A stretch of 64,000 bases of DNA from Euprymna scolopes (GCA_053919585.1 CM132784.1); one strand, 5' to 3'. Positions 52,315 to 64,000 are shown, numbered from the stretch's first letter. The notes: generated by a model from the letters alone, not told the origin. A program made the numbers and translations.

Positions 52315-53111
52315 CTCTAGTAAGCCATATGCTAGCTAACAGTTGATAAAAAGACCGGGGGCGGAATCTCTAGTGCAAAAACGTTAAGTATTTTTATTTT
52401 TTATTTTTATTGTTTTTCTAAACTAATCCTAAATGTTTTGTTACATTGTTTTTAAATTTACTTTTCGTGTTTTATGTATTTTGTCTGTATTTCTCCTGTC
52501 TTTTTGTCTGTATTCCGTCTTATCCGTCCCCCCCTCCTGCTACAAAGCTGAACGATGAAAACAAACAAACAAAATGCCGGCAACTAACGATAAAAAAAAA
52601 AATGACGGAAATTATTCTCTAGAGTAGATAAACTTAGGACTTTATAAAAAAAAAAGCTAGAATTTTTTTTTTCTTTAACAAAAAACAAAAACAAAACTGT
52701 AAATTAGATATTCTTTACACATAGGAACGTAACGACTTTTATTCTATAGATAGGCACTCGACCAAGTTATCCGGAAATAGAAATCTTCTGTCACTCTAGT
52801 AAGCCATATGCTAGCTAACAGTTGATAAAAAGACCGGGGGTGGAATCTCTAGTGCAAAAACGTTAAGTATATATTTTTTTTTCTAAACTAATCCTAAATG
52901 TTTTGTTACATTGTTTTTAAATTTACTTTTCGTGTTTTATGTATTTTGTCTGTATTTCTCCTGTCTTTTTGTCACTATTCCGTCTTATCCGTCCCACCCC
53001 CCTCCTGCTACAAAGCTGAACGATGAAAACAAACAAACAAAATGCCGGCAACTAAGGATAAAAAAAAATGCCGGAAATTATTCTCTAGAGTAGATAAACT
53101 TAGGACTTTAT
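52313..53111 (+). repeat. Recent direct duplication of a ~320-bp unit (52313-52642 and 52794-53111)
   Basis: Near-identical units actctagtaagccatatgc...ctctagagtagataaacttaggacttta separated by ~150 bp. Confidence 0.92.
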
Positions 53112-53560
53112 TTAAGTAGTATACATAATATATACTATTACTGCAAGCTTGCCTGTATTGGAAATACTTTCTTCTTGCTGGCGAATCATACTATCTTATA
53201 TAGTTAGCCTTTTGTTCAAGTACATTCGAAATATAATACAGTGCAAAGAAACAGTCACTCATGAAAACGAACCTCCTAAATTAAAACCTTGAATAATTAT
53301 TTAAACTCGAATGTAAATTAATATTAAGCAGACTTTACAAATTGATAATAGTTAATTATTGGATTTTAATTAATTATAAGATGAAACTTTAATGATTCAA
53401 ACTAGATAGATAACGACAAACTTCCACCCATTAATATGGGAGGGGAGATTATCACCAAAAGTGTCATGAATTATTAACTTCGCACCGGACTTACTACTTG
53501 CATATAAATAAGTCACTTGTACCCATTCCCCTTCCTCCCCCCCCTTTTTTTTTTTTTAAT

Positions 53561-56500
53561 GGAGAGTAGATAATACAGTGGATGTGTTATCGGCAGCTCC
53601 AGTAACTCTCGCTTCTCCTATTTTGTCAGTCAGTCCTCATTCAATGAGTGATTTTTCTGACAAAGGGTGAAGAAAAAGCTGCTTAAAGGTCGGTACTACT
53701 TGGTGACCAGTAGTCTGAGATGTCGGAAATTTTTCTGTCTCTGTCTGTCCTTGTGGCCATGTCACTAGTAAGGGTGCTGGAGGTAAAAGTTTTGTCTGGG
53801 CTGACGCTATCCGCCTGATAGTCAGGGACCCGAACCTTGGATTAACCACTAAGGAGGCTGTCCTATCAGCAGGCGCAAAGTACTGGGACTGCTGTATTGC
53901 CATTTGGTGAGTGGATCTGGACCATGCAGTAGTCTCTGGTGGGGCCTCTCGATGCCATACTAGTGGGTAATTGTTACGGCTTTACCTTTTCGTGTGCTAC
54001 AAATAAGAAAATTTTTCATGCCTTTTTCTCTCTTACTTTCCCTCTCTGTACTGCTCTAACCAAGTATGCCGACCTATTCCACAAATCCCAAAACCTCAAC
54101 ATGAAATATCTCCAGAATAAAAATTCGATTAAACCTAGAACCCCATCTTCCAGCGTAGACCCCTACTACCAGGTCTCCTTCTCCAATATCAGGGGTCTAC
54201 GTTCCAACCTTCCAGAGGTTGAAACCCAATTACAGGAGACAAAACCGGACATATTATTTCTAAGTGAAACTGGAATAGGGCCGACCACTTCCCTAGATGA
54301 GTTCATAATTAATGGATACTCCAATTTAACAGCTAAATCTGACACCCAAGATCGCCATGGGCATGGAATATGTGCCTACATTAAGGATGGCTTCCCATAT
54401 GGCAGGGATATCTCTAGAGAAGATCCTAATTTACCCTATATGTGCTTCAGGGTTGCACTTGCTAACACCACTGCATTTATATTTGCCCTCTATAGGCCCC
54501 ACAACAGCGGAGTTACTATCTTTAAGAGCATATCTGAGAAAATAGACCACATACTGTCTGCACATCCCTCGGCTAACATCCACATCTGTGGTGACTTCAA
54601 CGTCCATGACGTGGAATGGCTGACCCATTCAAATAAGACAGATGATGAGGGGAGGTTTTATCATGATTTTGCCATTGCTTATGACCTCACTCAGATAGTT
54701 CGCGAACCCACCCGTGTGCCCGATACACCCAATCAATATGCAAGCCTCTTAGACCTTTTTCTCTCAACTTCCCCTGAGCTATGTTTATGTACCGTTCATT
54801 CTCCTCTAGGATCCTCCGACCACTCCGTCGTATCAGTTAAGATAAAAACGAAATGTGAGAAGCCCCCAGACGTACCCCTCCACCGTACTGTATACCGATA
54901 CTCTATGGCTGACTGGGATAGCTTCCGTACATTCATATCTGATTTACCTGTGCACTCCATGTTTAAAAAGGAAGTGTCCTCTATAGTATCAGATCTGACC
55001 GAATGGTTAATTGTAGGCATTGACCAATTCATACCATCTAAAAAATTCCAACAAAAACCTAAAAGCCAGCCATGGTTCTCCCGAGAATGTGCTGCTGCTA
55101 TCGCGCACAGAAATCACTTTTTCCATAGCTACCAACGTAATAGATGCACTGAGACTAAAGCTGCTTTCAGGACTGCCAGCAACCACTGTAAAAGAGTAAT
55201 AAAAAATGCAAGAGAGCTATATGCCCAGTCTGTTAAATCCAAGGTAGCTGATCAGCGGCTTGGTTCCCACCAGTTTTGGCAAATAACAAATAGGATCCTG
55301 AACAGAAGTGTGCGTTCTATCCCAACCATTATCAATGGACCAGAGGTCATCTCGTCAGCGTCAGACAAGGCCAAACTATTTGCAAAGAACTTTGCAGCTA
55401 ATTCTACCCTATGCGACGAAGGCCATCAGCTCCCCATATTTCCTCCTATAACACAGAACAAGCAAGGTAACATACAAATATCCGTGCATGAGGTCGCCAA
55501 GCTAATAAAAAACCTAGATTCCAGTAAAGCAACTGGCCCTGATGGCATCCCAATTATAGTGTTAAAAAAGCTTCAACCAGAACTTGCTCCCATACTTACG
55601 AAACTATTTAAGCACTGCCTTAAGGAGAAGTGCTTTCCGACTCCCTGGAAGACCTCATCAGTTTGCCCTGTATTTAAGACTTCAGGTGATAAGTCATCTC
55701 CCTCTCAATACAGACCTATAAGTCTTCTGTGTGTTATGAGTAAGTTGCTGGAATCAATATTAAATAGAGAAATAGTCAACCACCTCAGCAGGAATAACCT
55801 TCTTAGTGACACACAACATGGTTTCCGCTCTGCAAGATCTACCGCAGATGTGCTGACGGTTATATCCCACAGGATAAGTGAATCCCTTGACAAAGGCTTC
55901 CTTTCTAGGGCAATTGCTCTTGACATATCAAAGGCCTTCGACAAGGTATGGCATAAGGGTCTACTTCACAAGATTTCCAGCTACGGTATAACTGGAAATG
56001 TTTTCTCAATCATTAAATCATTTCTCTCCGATAGGCTCATAAGAGTAGTGGTAGATGGACAAAAATCGGAGGCCTGCAATATAAATGCTGGGGTCCCTCA
56101 GGGGTCAATCCTGGGCCCAACTCTCTTCCTGATCTACATCAATGACCTCCCTAAATACATACTTAAATCATTCGTTGACATCTATGCTGATGACACGACC
56201 ATCTACGGCAACACATCAAAGGCTGTAAATGACAAAGTTATCTCTGATTCTCTCTCCTCTGATCTCGAGCGCTTCGTTCAGTGGGGGAAGATGTGGCTAG
56301 TTACCTTTAATGCATCCAAAACCAAACTCCTATCCTTACATCATCAACGCTCTGATCCCCAGCTGGCATCAATTGTGATGGATGGCTCTCGTCTGGGTGA
56401 GGCCCCGTGTTTTGACAAGCTTCTGGGTTTGACCTTTACTCCTGATCTGAAATGGAACACGTACATCAAGTCTGTTGCCAAGGTCGTTGGAAAGATGGTG

Positions 56501-56852
56501 GGACCCTTCTACCGCTCCAGAAGATATCTCACTACTGATGCAATTCTCTATCTATATAAAAGCCAAGTACGTCCAAGGATGGAATACTGTTGCCATATCT
56601 GGGCAGGAGCTGCCAAAAACAGCCTATCCTGCCTTGACAGAGTACAAAATAGACTTCGTGGCTTAGTGGGGGATGCCCTTTTCTCTACCCTGCAACCCCT
56701 CTCCCACAAAAGAGACGTTGCGAGCCTATCCTTCTTTTATCGTTATTTTCATGGTAGGTGCTCGTCTGAACTCCAATTCCTGGTCCCCCCTCGCCAATCT
56801 TTCACGAAAAACACCCGGGCCTTGATAAGTGGTGATCACTGTGTAAAAAAAA
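53561..56852 (+). mobile_element. Young near-intact single-ORF LINE, CR1/Zenon-like
   Basis: ~540-bp 5' UTR shared with the 2155 copy, uninterrupted APE-RT ORF, terminal ggccttgataagtggtga + A tail. Confidence 0.96.
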
Positions 56853-56878
56853 TATATATATATATATATATATATTAA
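54101..56878 (+). CDS. APE endonuclease-reverse transcriptase polyprotein (C-terminus replaced by a deletion)
   Basis: SNIRGL, LSET, GDFN, LLDLF, SSDH (APE); YRPISLL, QHGFR, LDISKAFDKV, GVPQGSILGP, YADD (RT). The ATG at 54101 is conserved in copy 1; the frame is open from GTG 53939. Confidence 0.93.
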   Translation: MKYLQNKNSIKPRTPSSSVDPYYQVSFSNIRGLRSNLPEVETQLQETKPDILFLSETGIGPTTSLDEFIINGYSNLTAKSDTQDRHGHGICAYIKDGFPYGRDISREDPNLPYMCFRVALANTTAFIFALYRPHNSGVTIFKSISEKIDHILSAHPSANIHICGDFNVHDVEWLTHSNKTDDEGRFYHDFAIAYDLTQIVREPTRVPDTPNQYASLLDLFLSTSPELCLCTVHSPLGSSDHSVVSVKIKTKCEKPPDVPLHRTVYRYSMADWDSFRTFISDLPVHSMFKKEVSSIVSDLTEWLIVGIDQFIPSKKFQQKPKSQPWFSRECAAAIAHRNHFFHSYQRNRCTETKAAFRTASNHCKRVIKNARELYAQSVKSKVADQRLGSHQFWQITNRILNRSVRSIPTIINGPEVISSASDKAKLFAKNFAANSTLCDEGHQLPIFPPITQNKQGNIQISVHEVAKLIKNLDSSKATGPDGIPIIVLKKLQPELAPILTKLFKHCLKEKCFPTPWKTSSVCPVFKTSGDKSSPSQYRPISLLCVMSKLLESILNREIVNHLSRNNLLSDTQHGFRSARSTADVLTVISHRISESLDKGFLSRAIALDISKAFDKVWHKGLLHKISSYGITGNVFSIIKSFLSDRLIRVVVDGQKSEACNINAGVPQGSILGPTLFLIYINDLPKYILKSFVDIYADDTTIYGNTSKAVNDKVISDSLSSDLERFVQWGKMWLVTFNASKTKLLSLHHQRSDPQLASIVMDGSRLGEAPCFDKLLGLTFTPDLKWNTYIKSVAKVVGKMVGPFYRSRRYLTTDAILYLYKSQVRPRMEYCCHIWAGAAKNSLSCLDRVQNRLRGLVGDALFSTLQPLSHKRDVASLSFFYRYFHGRCSSELQFLVPPRQSFTKNTRALISGDHCVKKIYIYIYIY

Positions 56879-57179
56879 GCGTTTTAATGCCAAATGTGAT
56901 GAACGCCATTTTCAAATTTTTTTAGTTAAAACTACCAAGCTGTTCACATATTCTAACACTTTACTACACATCGTAATCATTTTTTTTTTTTACAGATTTT
57001 GATATTTTACCTGTTTATTTTGCTTCATAAAATCGGTTTTATTGCAAAACAGAATCAAACTTGATTTTTTTTTTGCAAAACTTGATAAATCTATGAATTT
57101 GTAATATGATCAGGATCAGAATTATCAGCCTTTAACCTTTTCTATTAAATAGTATAAATAAACGTTAAACAGCTTTTCA

Positions 57180-58696
57180 ATAAAGAAACAATTTATTTAT
57201 TGAAAAATTCGATGAAATGCAAATTCTATTGACTAACTTCAAGTAAGGAAGAATTAGTTAAACTTGATATATAATATTGTGATAAGATTTTCTTTAGCTT
57301 AGGAAATAACCAAAAGCCACAGGGAGTAAAGTCTGAACTATAGGGAGGGTGAGGAACTGTTTCTTGGTCAAATTGTCTGATCTTTTGAGAACCCTAGGGA
57401 GAAACTTCATGTAAATGAAGCGCATCTTGAGTTCCTCGCAAATAATTGTGTGCACAGGTCCTACACTGACAATAAACTGCACTTTTTTTTTACATAGGCA
57501 TCACCACATTATCAAGGCCACGAGGCCACTCGAGGATAACGGTTAAAGAGTGTACAGTACTCAAAAGGACAATATAGTAATCATTAGTAATGGAAGTTCG
57601 GTAAATTTGTTAACTTAAGTGTAAGGCCCCATCAAAAACTTGTTTACATTGGACTTGAACACAACCATATTATAGACAGCAGGAAAAGAAGAAAACGGAA
57701 GACAATTCCACAGGCGTGCAGTTCTAAGAAAGAAGCTTTGATCATGGAATCTACGTTTAGGTTTAGGCACAGATAGAGTGGGGGAATTATTGATAGTGTT
57801 TTCAGCTAGACGAGTGTTTCTTGTGAAAGTTTGGCGAGTGGGGATCATAGATTGGAGCTCAGTTGAACACTTTCCATGAAAATAACGATAAAGCAGAGAC
57901 AAACTCACAACATCTCTTCTGTGAGATAGAGGTTGCAGGGAAGAGAAAAGGATAGCTCCTACGAGGCTACGAAGTCTATTTTGAACTCTATCAAGGCAGG
58001 ACAAGTCCTTTCTAGCAGCTCCTGCCCAGATGTGGCAACAGTATTCCATCCTTGGATGTACCTGGCTCTTATATTAATAGAGAATTGCATCAGCAGTGAG
58101 ATATCTACTGGACCGATAGAAGGATGCCACCATTTTTCCAGCGGCTTTGGCAACAGATTTTATGTACCTGTTCCATTTAAGATCAGGAGTAAAGCTCAAG
58201 CCCAGAAGACTTATTGTCTCTATAGACACACGACAGTCCTTATCCATGAAATTCTTTATTTGGCCAGTCAACTCTGGTGTCCTGACTTCCTTACTTCTCC
58301 TACAACTCTCATCCCTTACAGAGTTCCTGATTTTCTTGGATCTTTTATGCCACTCAAAAACATGCTCTATTCATGCAAGATGGTCTAAAAGCAGTCTGAA
58401 GCATTCCATACGTTTTTATGGCAGTTTCTACAAGTTTAAAATATAATTTTATTGCATATCTTTTTTCTAAAGTGTCTTCATGTCCAGATCTCATTTTTGA
58501 AATTCACCAGCTGTGACAATCAAGCTTTAGTAGGGTGTATTCCAATTCCTACTGTACCTGTTTATTTGAACATGAAATCATAAATATTGGTCAGTTATCT
58601 CATAAGATGTATAGCAATAACATACTGAATTTTCCAGTGTCTACAACAATTTTAAATGCCAGTACAAAAAACTCTGGGAACTGCCGGCACCTTGTA
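57180..58696 (-). mobile_element. Decayed mariner transposon split by a LINE insertion
   Basis: DKDCRVSIETIS | QF.VSVG.VHTII.EELKMR...KF.PRVL and a frameshifted PYSPD..PCGFWLF on either side of the 57483-58210 insertion. Confidence 0.8.
57483..58210 (-). mobile_element. 5'-truncated CR1/Zenon-like LINE
   Basis: ORF 57615-58049 MEYCCHIWAGA..LDRVQNR..PLSHRRDV; family 3' UTR and poly(A). Confidence 0.94.
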
Positions 58697-58907
58697 TAAC
58701 TGTATGCCCCTCTCACTGCAAATTGATCTCCATGAGCCACAATAACTGTGCATCTGTATAGTTTGATAAATGTATCTATGCCTTTATGTAACCTTTAGTT
58801 TGTGTGTGCTTATGGCTTTGTTGGTTTGCATCCGTTTTTGTATGTCTCATCGGTTAAGAAGTAAGAGTTCTTATTCGTCTCCAAGCATCACTAAGCATCT
58901 CTGCTGG

Positions 58908-58986
<79 letters not shown>

Positions 58987-59959
58987 TAGCAAAAGTACCC
59001 GTCTGACTGGGTTCAAAATCAGCCGACAGAAAATGGACTCTGATTTATGAAAGTATGATAGGTTATGAAAAGGAAGGGTTATAAAGAGATAGCTTCGAAT
59101 TTGGGGGTATACAAAACCAAAGCAAAATATGATGAAAGTAAAAATAAAATAGATAAACCCCATAATTTATTATACCATACCTGTTCACACTGAAACACTT
59201 CTTACAATATTCTGTGGATCTATATTAAAAAACTTTGTTAAACTTTGTGACATATTTACATTATATGGAGGTCAGGCGCAAACGAACATCTCATAATTTT
59301 ATTATACCATATTTCTTCAAACTGAAGCATAATTATCAAAGTATACTTACGCAGATAGATATGAAAAGTCTTTATTAAAGTTTGACTTTATTTCCATTCA
59401 AATAGAGTGTTTTTATTAGCCCTAAATGAGCCCCTGGGCACACTCAAGAGTTATTGTGAAGTATAGACAAACAAAATTATATAGAAATTAGTTAGTTACA
59501 ACCTTTCAAAAAGTTTTATAAAAATTAAAGGCACCAATTTCTTTTTAATTAGCACAAAATTTGAATTTTAGGCATTTTAGCCCAAAAAGCACTCCTGGGG
59601 GCGGGGGCAACCGGACTTTTCCCAGAAAATTGGTTTTGATACTTTTTTGCTCATATCATGTTTAATGTTTCTGCAAAATTTCCAAAACCTCCAAGGTGTA
59701 TTTATTGAAAAAAGTGCGGACAGATGAACAGACGAACGGACAAGGGTGAATTTAAAGGTCCACACTCCTTTTGTCTGGGGGACCAAAAAATATAATTGAA
59801 AAATTAAAAGTCAGTCAATAGCTGATTGATGTAGCCACTTGATGAGTGATCACCATCTAAAACTTGTGACACATAGCTTTATTCTCTTTATTCTCACCAA
59901 CAAACTAGTCTGATTTATTAGGCTTTCTGAGACGACTTGTGACCAATCTCTTTCGAAAT

Positions 59960-60478
59960 CGGCAAAATCGCCCATTTTTCAATCCCCTCGCAGTTACTTA
60001 GTCCACAATACATTGTAGTCTACATTGAACTGTAGAGAACCAACTGTTGATTTTCTATAATTATTGTTATATAATGGCTTGAATTAAAGTTTAAATGTAA
60101 ATATCAAGTATCATGGTTCAATTCTGCTCTAAACAGAAATATTTATTTAGAACGCATCTCTGCCATATCAAAGAACCTACTGTTGATTTTATATGCCAGG
60201 CTTATCTGCTTGTGTAGAAATGAAACTTATCAAATGCACTTGTGATGTTAGTGTATATAACGCGTTAACTTTAGTCAAAATCAGCTATTCATTCTTTCGT
60301 TGGATTTTTCAAATATCGTTACTTATCAAATACATTCCTAAAAGCATACCTAAACCACTGCCAGGCACATCAATTACATTTGCGTGCATTTTTTTTTTAA
60401 ATCGGCCAAGCCTTTTAGAAGTCTAAATGGAATGAACTAACAAACACACAGACAAACTTCTTTTTATATGATAGTAGA
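59960..60478 (-). mobile_element. Helitron-like element, homologue of 36367-37138
   Basis: Minus strand starts A|TCtactatcatataaaaagaagtttgtctgtgtg; shares aattgaaccat.atacttgatattt.cattt..aacttt.attcaagc.attatata. Confidence 0.65.
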
Positions 60479-60597
60479 TTAAGAAAATTTGATATGTATA
60501 TTTTGATGTTTCACTTCTTAATACAAAAATCCTGTTAAGTTTATTAGTTCTATGTTGCTATTATATTTCTGCATTTTTAAGATAACGATTGATAATT

Positions 60598-60830
60598 TGT
60601 ATTATTCGAACTACTATTCTCATTTTGAATGTTATTTTTACAATGTTTTGGCCGATATAACATTCGGCCTTTTTCAGGAGTCCCTAATGGAACTCTGGAA
60701 TCTTTCTTAGTATAACTAGGTAAAATACAGTTCTAAGTGACACTTTACTGGTGGTCGAAGGTTACATCGACCTAAACATTGAAACAATAACACTCAAGAT
60801 GAGAATAGTAGTCCGTTTAATCCAAATAAT
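60598..60830. mobile_element. Family C inverted pair with degenerate Penelope-type HHR motifs
   Basis: Arms ~60600-60680 (-) and ~60750-60830 (+) share gaaggttacatcg.cc.aaacattg and ctcaagatgagaatagtagt with 41210-41720. Confidence 0.7.
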
Positions 60831-62297
60831 AAAATCGTTTTGTTTATGTTCTAGATTTAATAAGAAATCGATAAGACTTATACATTCCTAGCCAATACTT
60901 ATTCTCATCCGTTGCCTTTCCGATACAATCCTCCTTGAAAATCTTGTTGTTGGTCGCTTCCTGAATTGTTCACCCTTTCTCTCCCAAAATGTCCTTCGGG
61001 ATTTGAATCCAATCACTTTCTCATCACCTTTATCTATTTACCAATCCGAACCGGCTAATGGCAAACGGGGTAATCCAATAAATATCGTGCACCAGTCAAC
61101 ATAATCTAACTGCTTCAAATGTCTTATCTAATGCTAATCTAGTACACTTTTCATGTGTTCATCATTCTCATCAACAGCCAACATGCGCACGCATGCATCT
61201 ATATTAATAAAATTATATATGAGACAACATCACGTGTGTACGCCTTTTCCTCGTGACTACTTAATTTACATATTATAATTTAGTTGCTACAATTGAGGGA
61301 GCACGGTCTTGCCCAGTCATAAAATATGTTAAATATATTTTGATTCATGCAGATGTCGTATTTATTATTACAAAGCCAATTCTCTATTGAATATTATATT
61401 GTACCTAATAAATACTACTAATTTCTAAGTTAAAAGCTGTGTTCTCTACCGTGTGAGCTATAAACGGATGGATGAGATTTAAAATTGAACCACTTCAAGC
61501 TATGAATGAATTTGTGCATGCTCAAAAGTAATAGAAATATGCCGGCAAGTTGAAATGAACATTTGGCATTTCAACTTGTGGATATTTCTGCACAAGTTAT
61601 TCATTCTCGTTGTAAACTATGCTTGTTATATTATTACTACTTCCTGTTAATTTCAGAGTTATGTGACAGTAGTTTAAGTGTTTATCAGTTAAATATTTTC
61701 ACAGACACACACATACATCTATGTTATTCATATAGATTAAACAAATATGTACTGAAATCAAAAACGCAATAGCGTATCATGAAACAAGCTTTGTAAAATC
61801 AATATAAATAATTTATGTTTGTATAAATTACGGTCGAAAAGGCTCTCCTCCCTTGACGTGCACTTAGGTGTAACAAATGTCTCTTCTTTGTATTCTTAAC
61901 CTAATTAGAAAACTTCCTTTCTGTAATTGGTGAATGACTTCCTAAATATTATAGGGTAAGCCGATATACTTATTTCTTTAATAATGGATTTACCCTAATA
62001 CTATAAATAAAGTTACATTTAACATGCTATGGGAATAACAATTCGTGGCAGTTATGGCACTAGAATCATGATGTATACTTCAACAACATATTCTTGCTAA
62101 TAGACTGTTTGTTAATTATACCACTGTGTTTGTCTAAAAGATTACCTGTCTGCAAAACTGCAACATTGAATAGATCTGTAACATCCACCATTTGACAACG
62201 GGGCCTCCCCGAAATATATCATGGAACATTGTCACACACAGTAGACTTCTTGAAGTAAGACATATTGATACTTAACACAATTGAATATATATAACCT

Positions 62298-62510
62298 ACA
62301 GAATGTGAGAGAATATATAATTATTTCCATACAGGCAGACAATGTCGCAATTCACAAGAGCCATGATATTCGACAAACCTGAAGTTCAAGACTCAAGTTT
62401 AGCCCGAACTCTGCCAACTGAGCAAATGCGACACACACAAGAAAGTCTATTAACTAATACAGATCAAACAAACCGCAGCAAAATCTGACAGTGAAATGAA
62501 CCTACTTCGG
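62298..62510 (-). repeat. Deleted copy of HHR repeat family A
   Basis: Collinear with 39950-40050 and 39715-39815 but lacks the CTGATGA half of the HHR and most of the tRNA head. Confidence 0.8.
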
Positions 62511-63749
62511 ATTTTGCCTCGGTTTGCTTGAATTCTTAACATGAGGAAAATGGGGGGGGGGGCGCATTCACCTCTGTTAAGAGGAAGGTCATTAATCAGA
62601 ATGGACCATCGCTTTTTACACGTAGCAAAACCAGAAGTCAAAAAGAGCAGACGATCTTGACTTTAACTTTGTCTTCCCCATCAAATTCGAGCCATTAGCT
62701 GGTTCAAATTGATTGATTTATTGAAATGAGCGCGTTTTTCCCTGCTTTATTTTGTTTTGTTCAATCGATCTTTCTCAACAAGAAAACGTTCTCAATTTTA
62801 GTCTTAGTTTAAAAAAAACATTTTGCTTCAATTAATAATTCAATAACAAAACGATATTGTTATAATTTAATTTTTTAAATATCATTTTAAGAATATAATT
62901 GAAAAAAGTCGCTAGCTAAAATCGATACTATTTATTGGATTTTATAACACTGATCGATTTTATTTCTAAATCATTTTTTTTATTCCTACATTAAATTATA
63001 TTTCGAATATCCGTTCTGATACACTTCATCATTTCTATCCTCAGTCAATAAAAAAAAATCCCTCTAGGCTGAGGCAAATTTTTTTTTTGTCAGAGTTTCC
63101 TATACTAGTGTAGCTGGATTTTTGCCACATTAAAAACCGACGATATGTTTAATTCATTCTTGCAAAATTAAGTAAACAATGAACAAAACAAAATTAAAGA
63201 AAAAAAATCTCGTGAGCAACGTCGTGTGTGCACAATTTGTTTAGAATAATGTAATAAAATTGATTCCTCAAACTGGTTAGTTTTGTGCTACTTTTATGTG
63301 CTTTATGAAAATCCATGCCAAGTTATGATATAAAACCTTATGTCTCTAATCTTTATTCCAATTTTGATCAAAATCCATTTCTTAATTCTAATTCTTGTAA
63401 ATGTTTAACATTTAAATCTTAAGCCTAAAGAGTCTGAAGAAAAAATCCAGGGAATCTTAATTGATGCCTAATGACTATGGACCAAATTTAAAACAAATCT
63501 GAAATATATGAATTTTCAAATCTTTTAAATATTCCAAAGAAACTGAAATTTGGGAAAGTATTTTATTGATGTCTAATAGCTATAAGTATAATTACACAGA
63601 AAATAGGGGTATTTGAATATTCACAAACTTGGATAACCAAATTTAACTAAATATAGTCCATATTATGCATCCTTAAGACTAGCAGATATGTCTGAAAATT
63701 AATTATCGGTTAAATAGTTTAATAATGAATCTTGTACATGCAAAGATAC

Positions 63750-63810
<61 letters not shown>

Positions 63811-63888
63811 CACATACATAACTATATAACATACATAACTCTATATAGAGATATATATTATTGTCATTATTATTATTATTATTATTAT

Positions 63889-63934
<46 letters not shown>

Positions 63935-64000
63935 TGGTATATTACATGTAATGTTATAAATGTATCTCCCCCGAACGCCCCCTCCTTTTTTATTTTAGCT

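Noticed and set aside
53920-53970. HDV-like ribozyme around ggcctctcgatgcc in the LINE 5' UTR
   Set aside because: A P3/L3-like hairpin is present but I could not build convincing P1, P2 and J4/2 elements.
59480-59790. Possible Helentron-associated (DINE/HINE-like) element on the minus strand
   Set aside because: T-run start and gtcc-type microsatellite are suggestive, but sub-terminal inverted repeats and the far end were not identified.

Overview
AT-rich metazoan (probably invertebrate; species not identifiable from the sequence) repeat-dominated scaffold segment with four N gaps, many (TA)n/(CA)n/(CT)n microsatellites and no recognisable host gene. The window is a nested transposon graveyard. 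It holds about 8 copies or fragments of one single-ORF APE-RT LINE family (CR1/Zenon-like; a nearly intact copy at 53561-56852), a decayed Ty3/Gypsy element, a Penelope-like element (RT + GIY-YIG), several Tc1/mariner remnants and MITEs, and many non-autonomous Helitron-like repeats. The most interesting signal is non-coding: at least 10 type I hammerhead ribozyme (HHR) motifs in four sequence families. Two families are small tandem repeats in which a tRNA-derived head with Pol III A/B boxes sits directly upstream of an HHR with a palindromic stem III. Family A has an Ala-like head and a ~408-bp period; family B has an Asp-like head and a ~283-bp period. These look like retrozyme/SINE hybrids. 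The other two families are minimal Penelope-type HHRs, one of them at the 3' end of the Penelope element. All calls were made by eye; coordinates of decayed elements are approximate.
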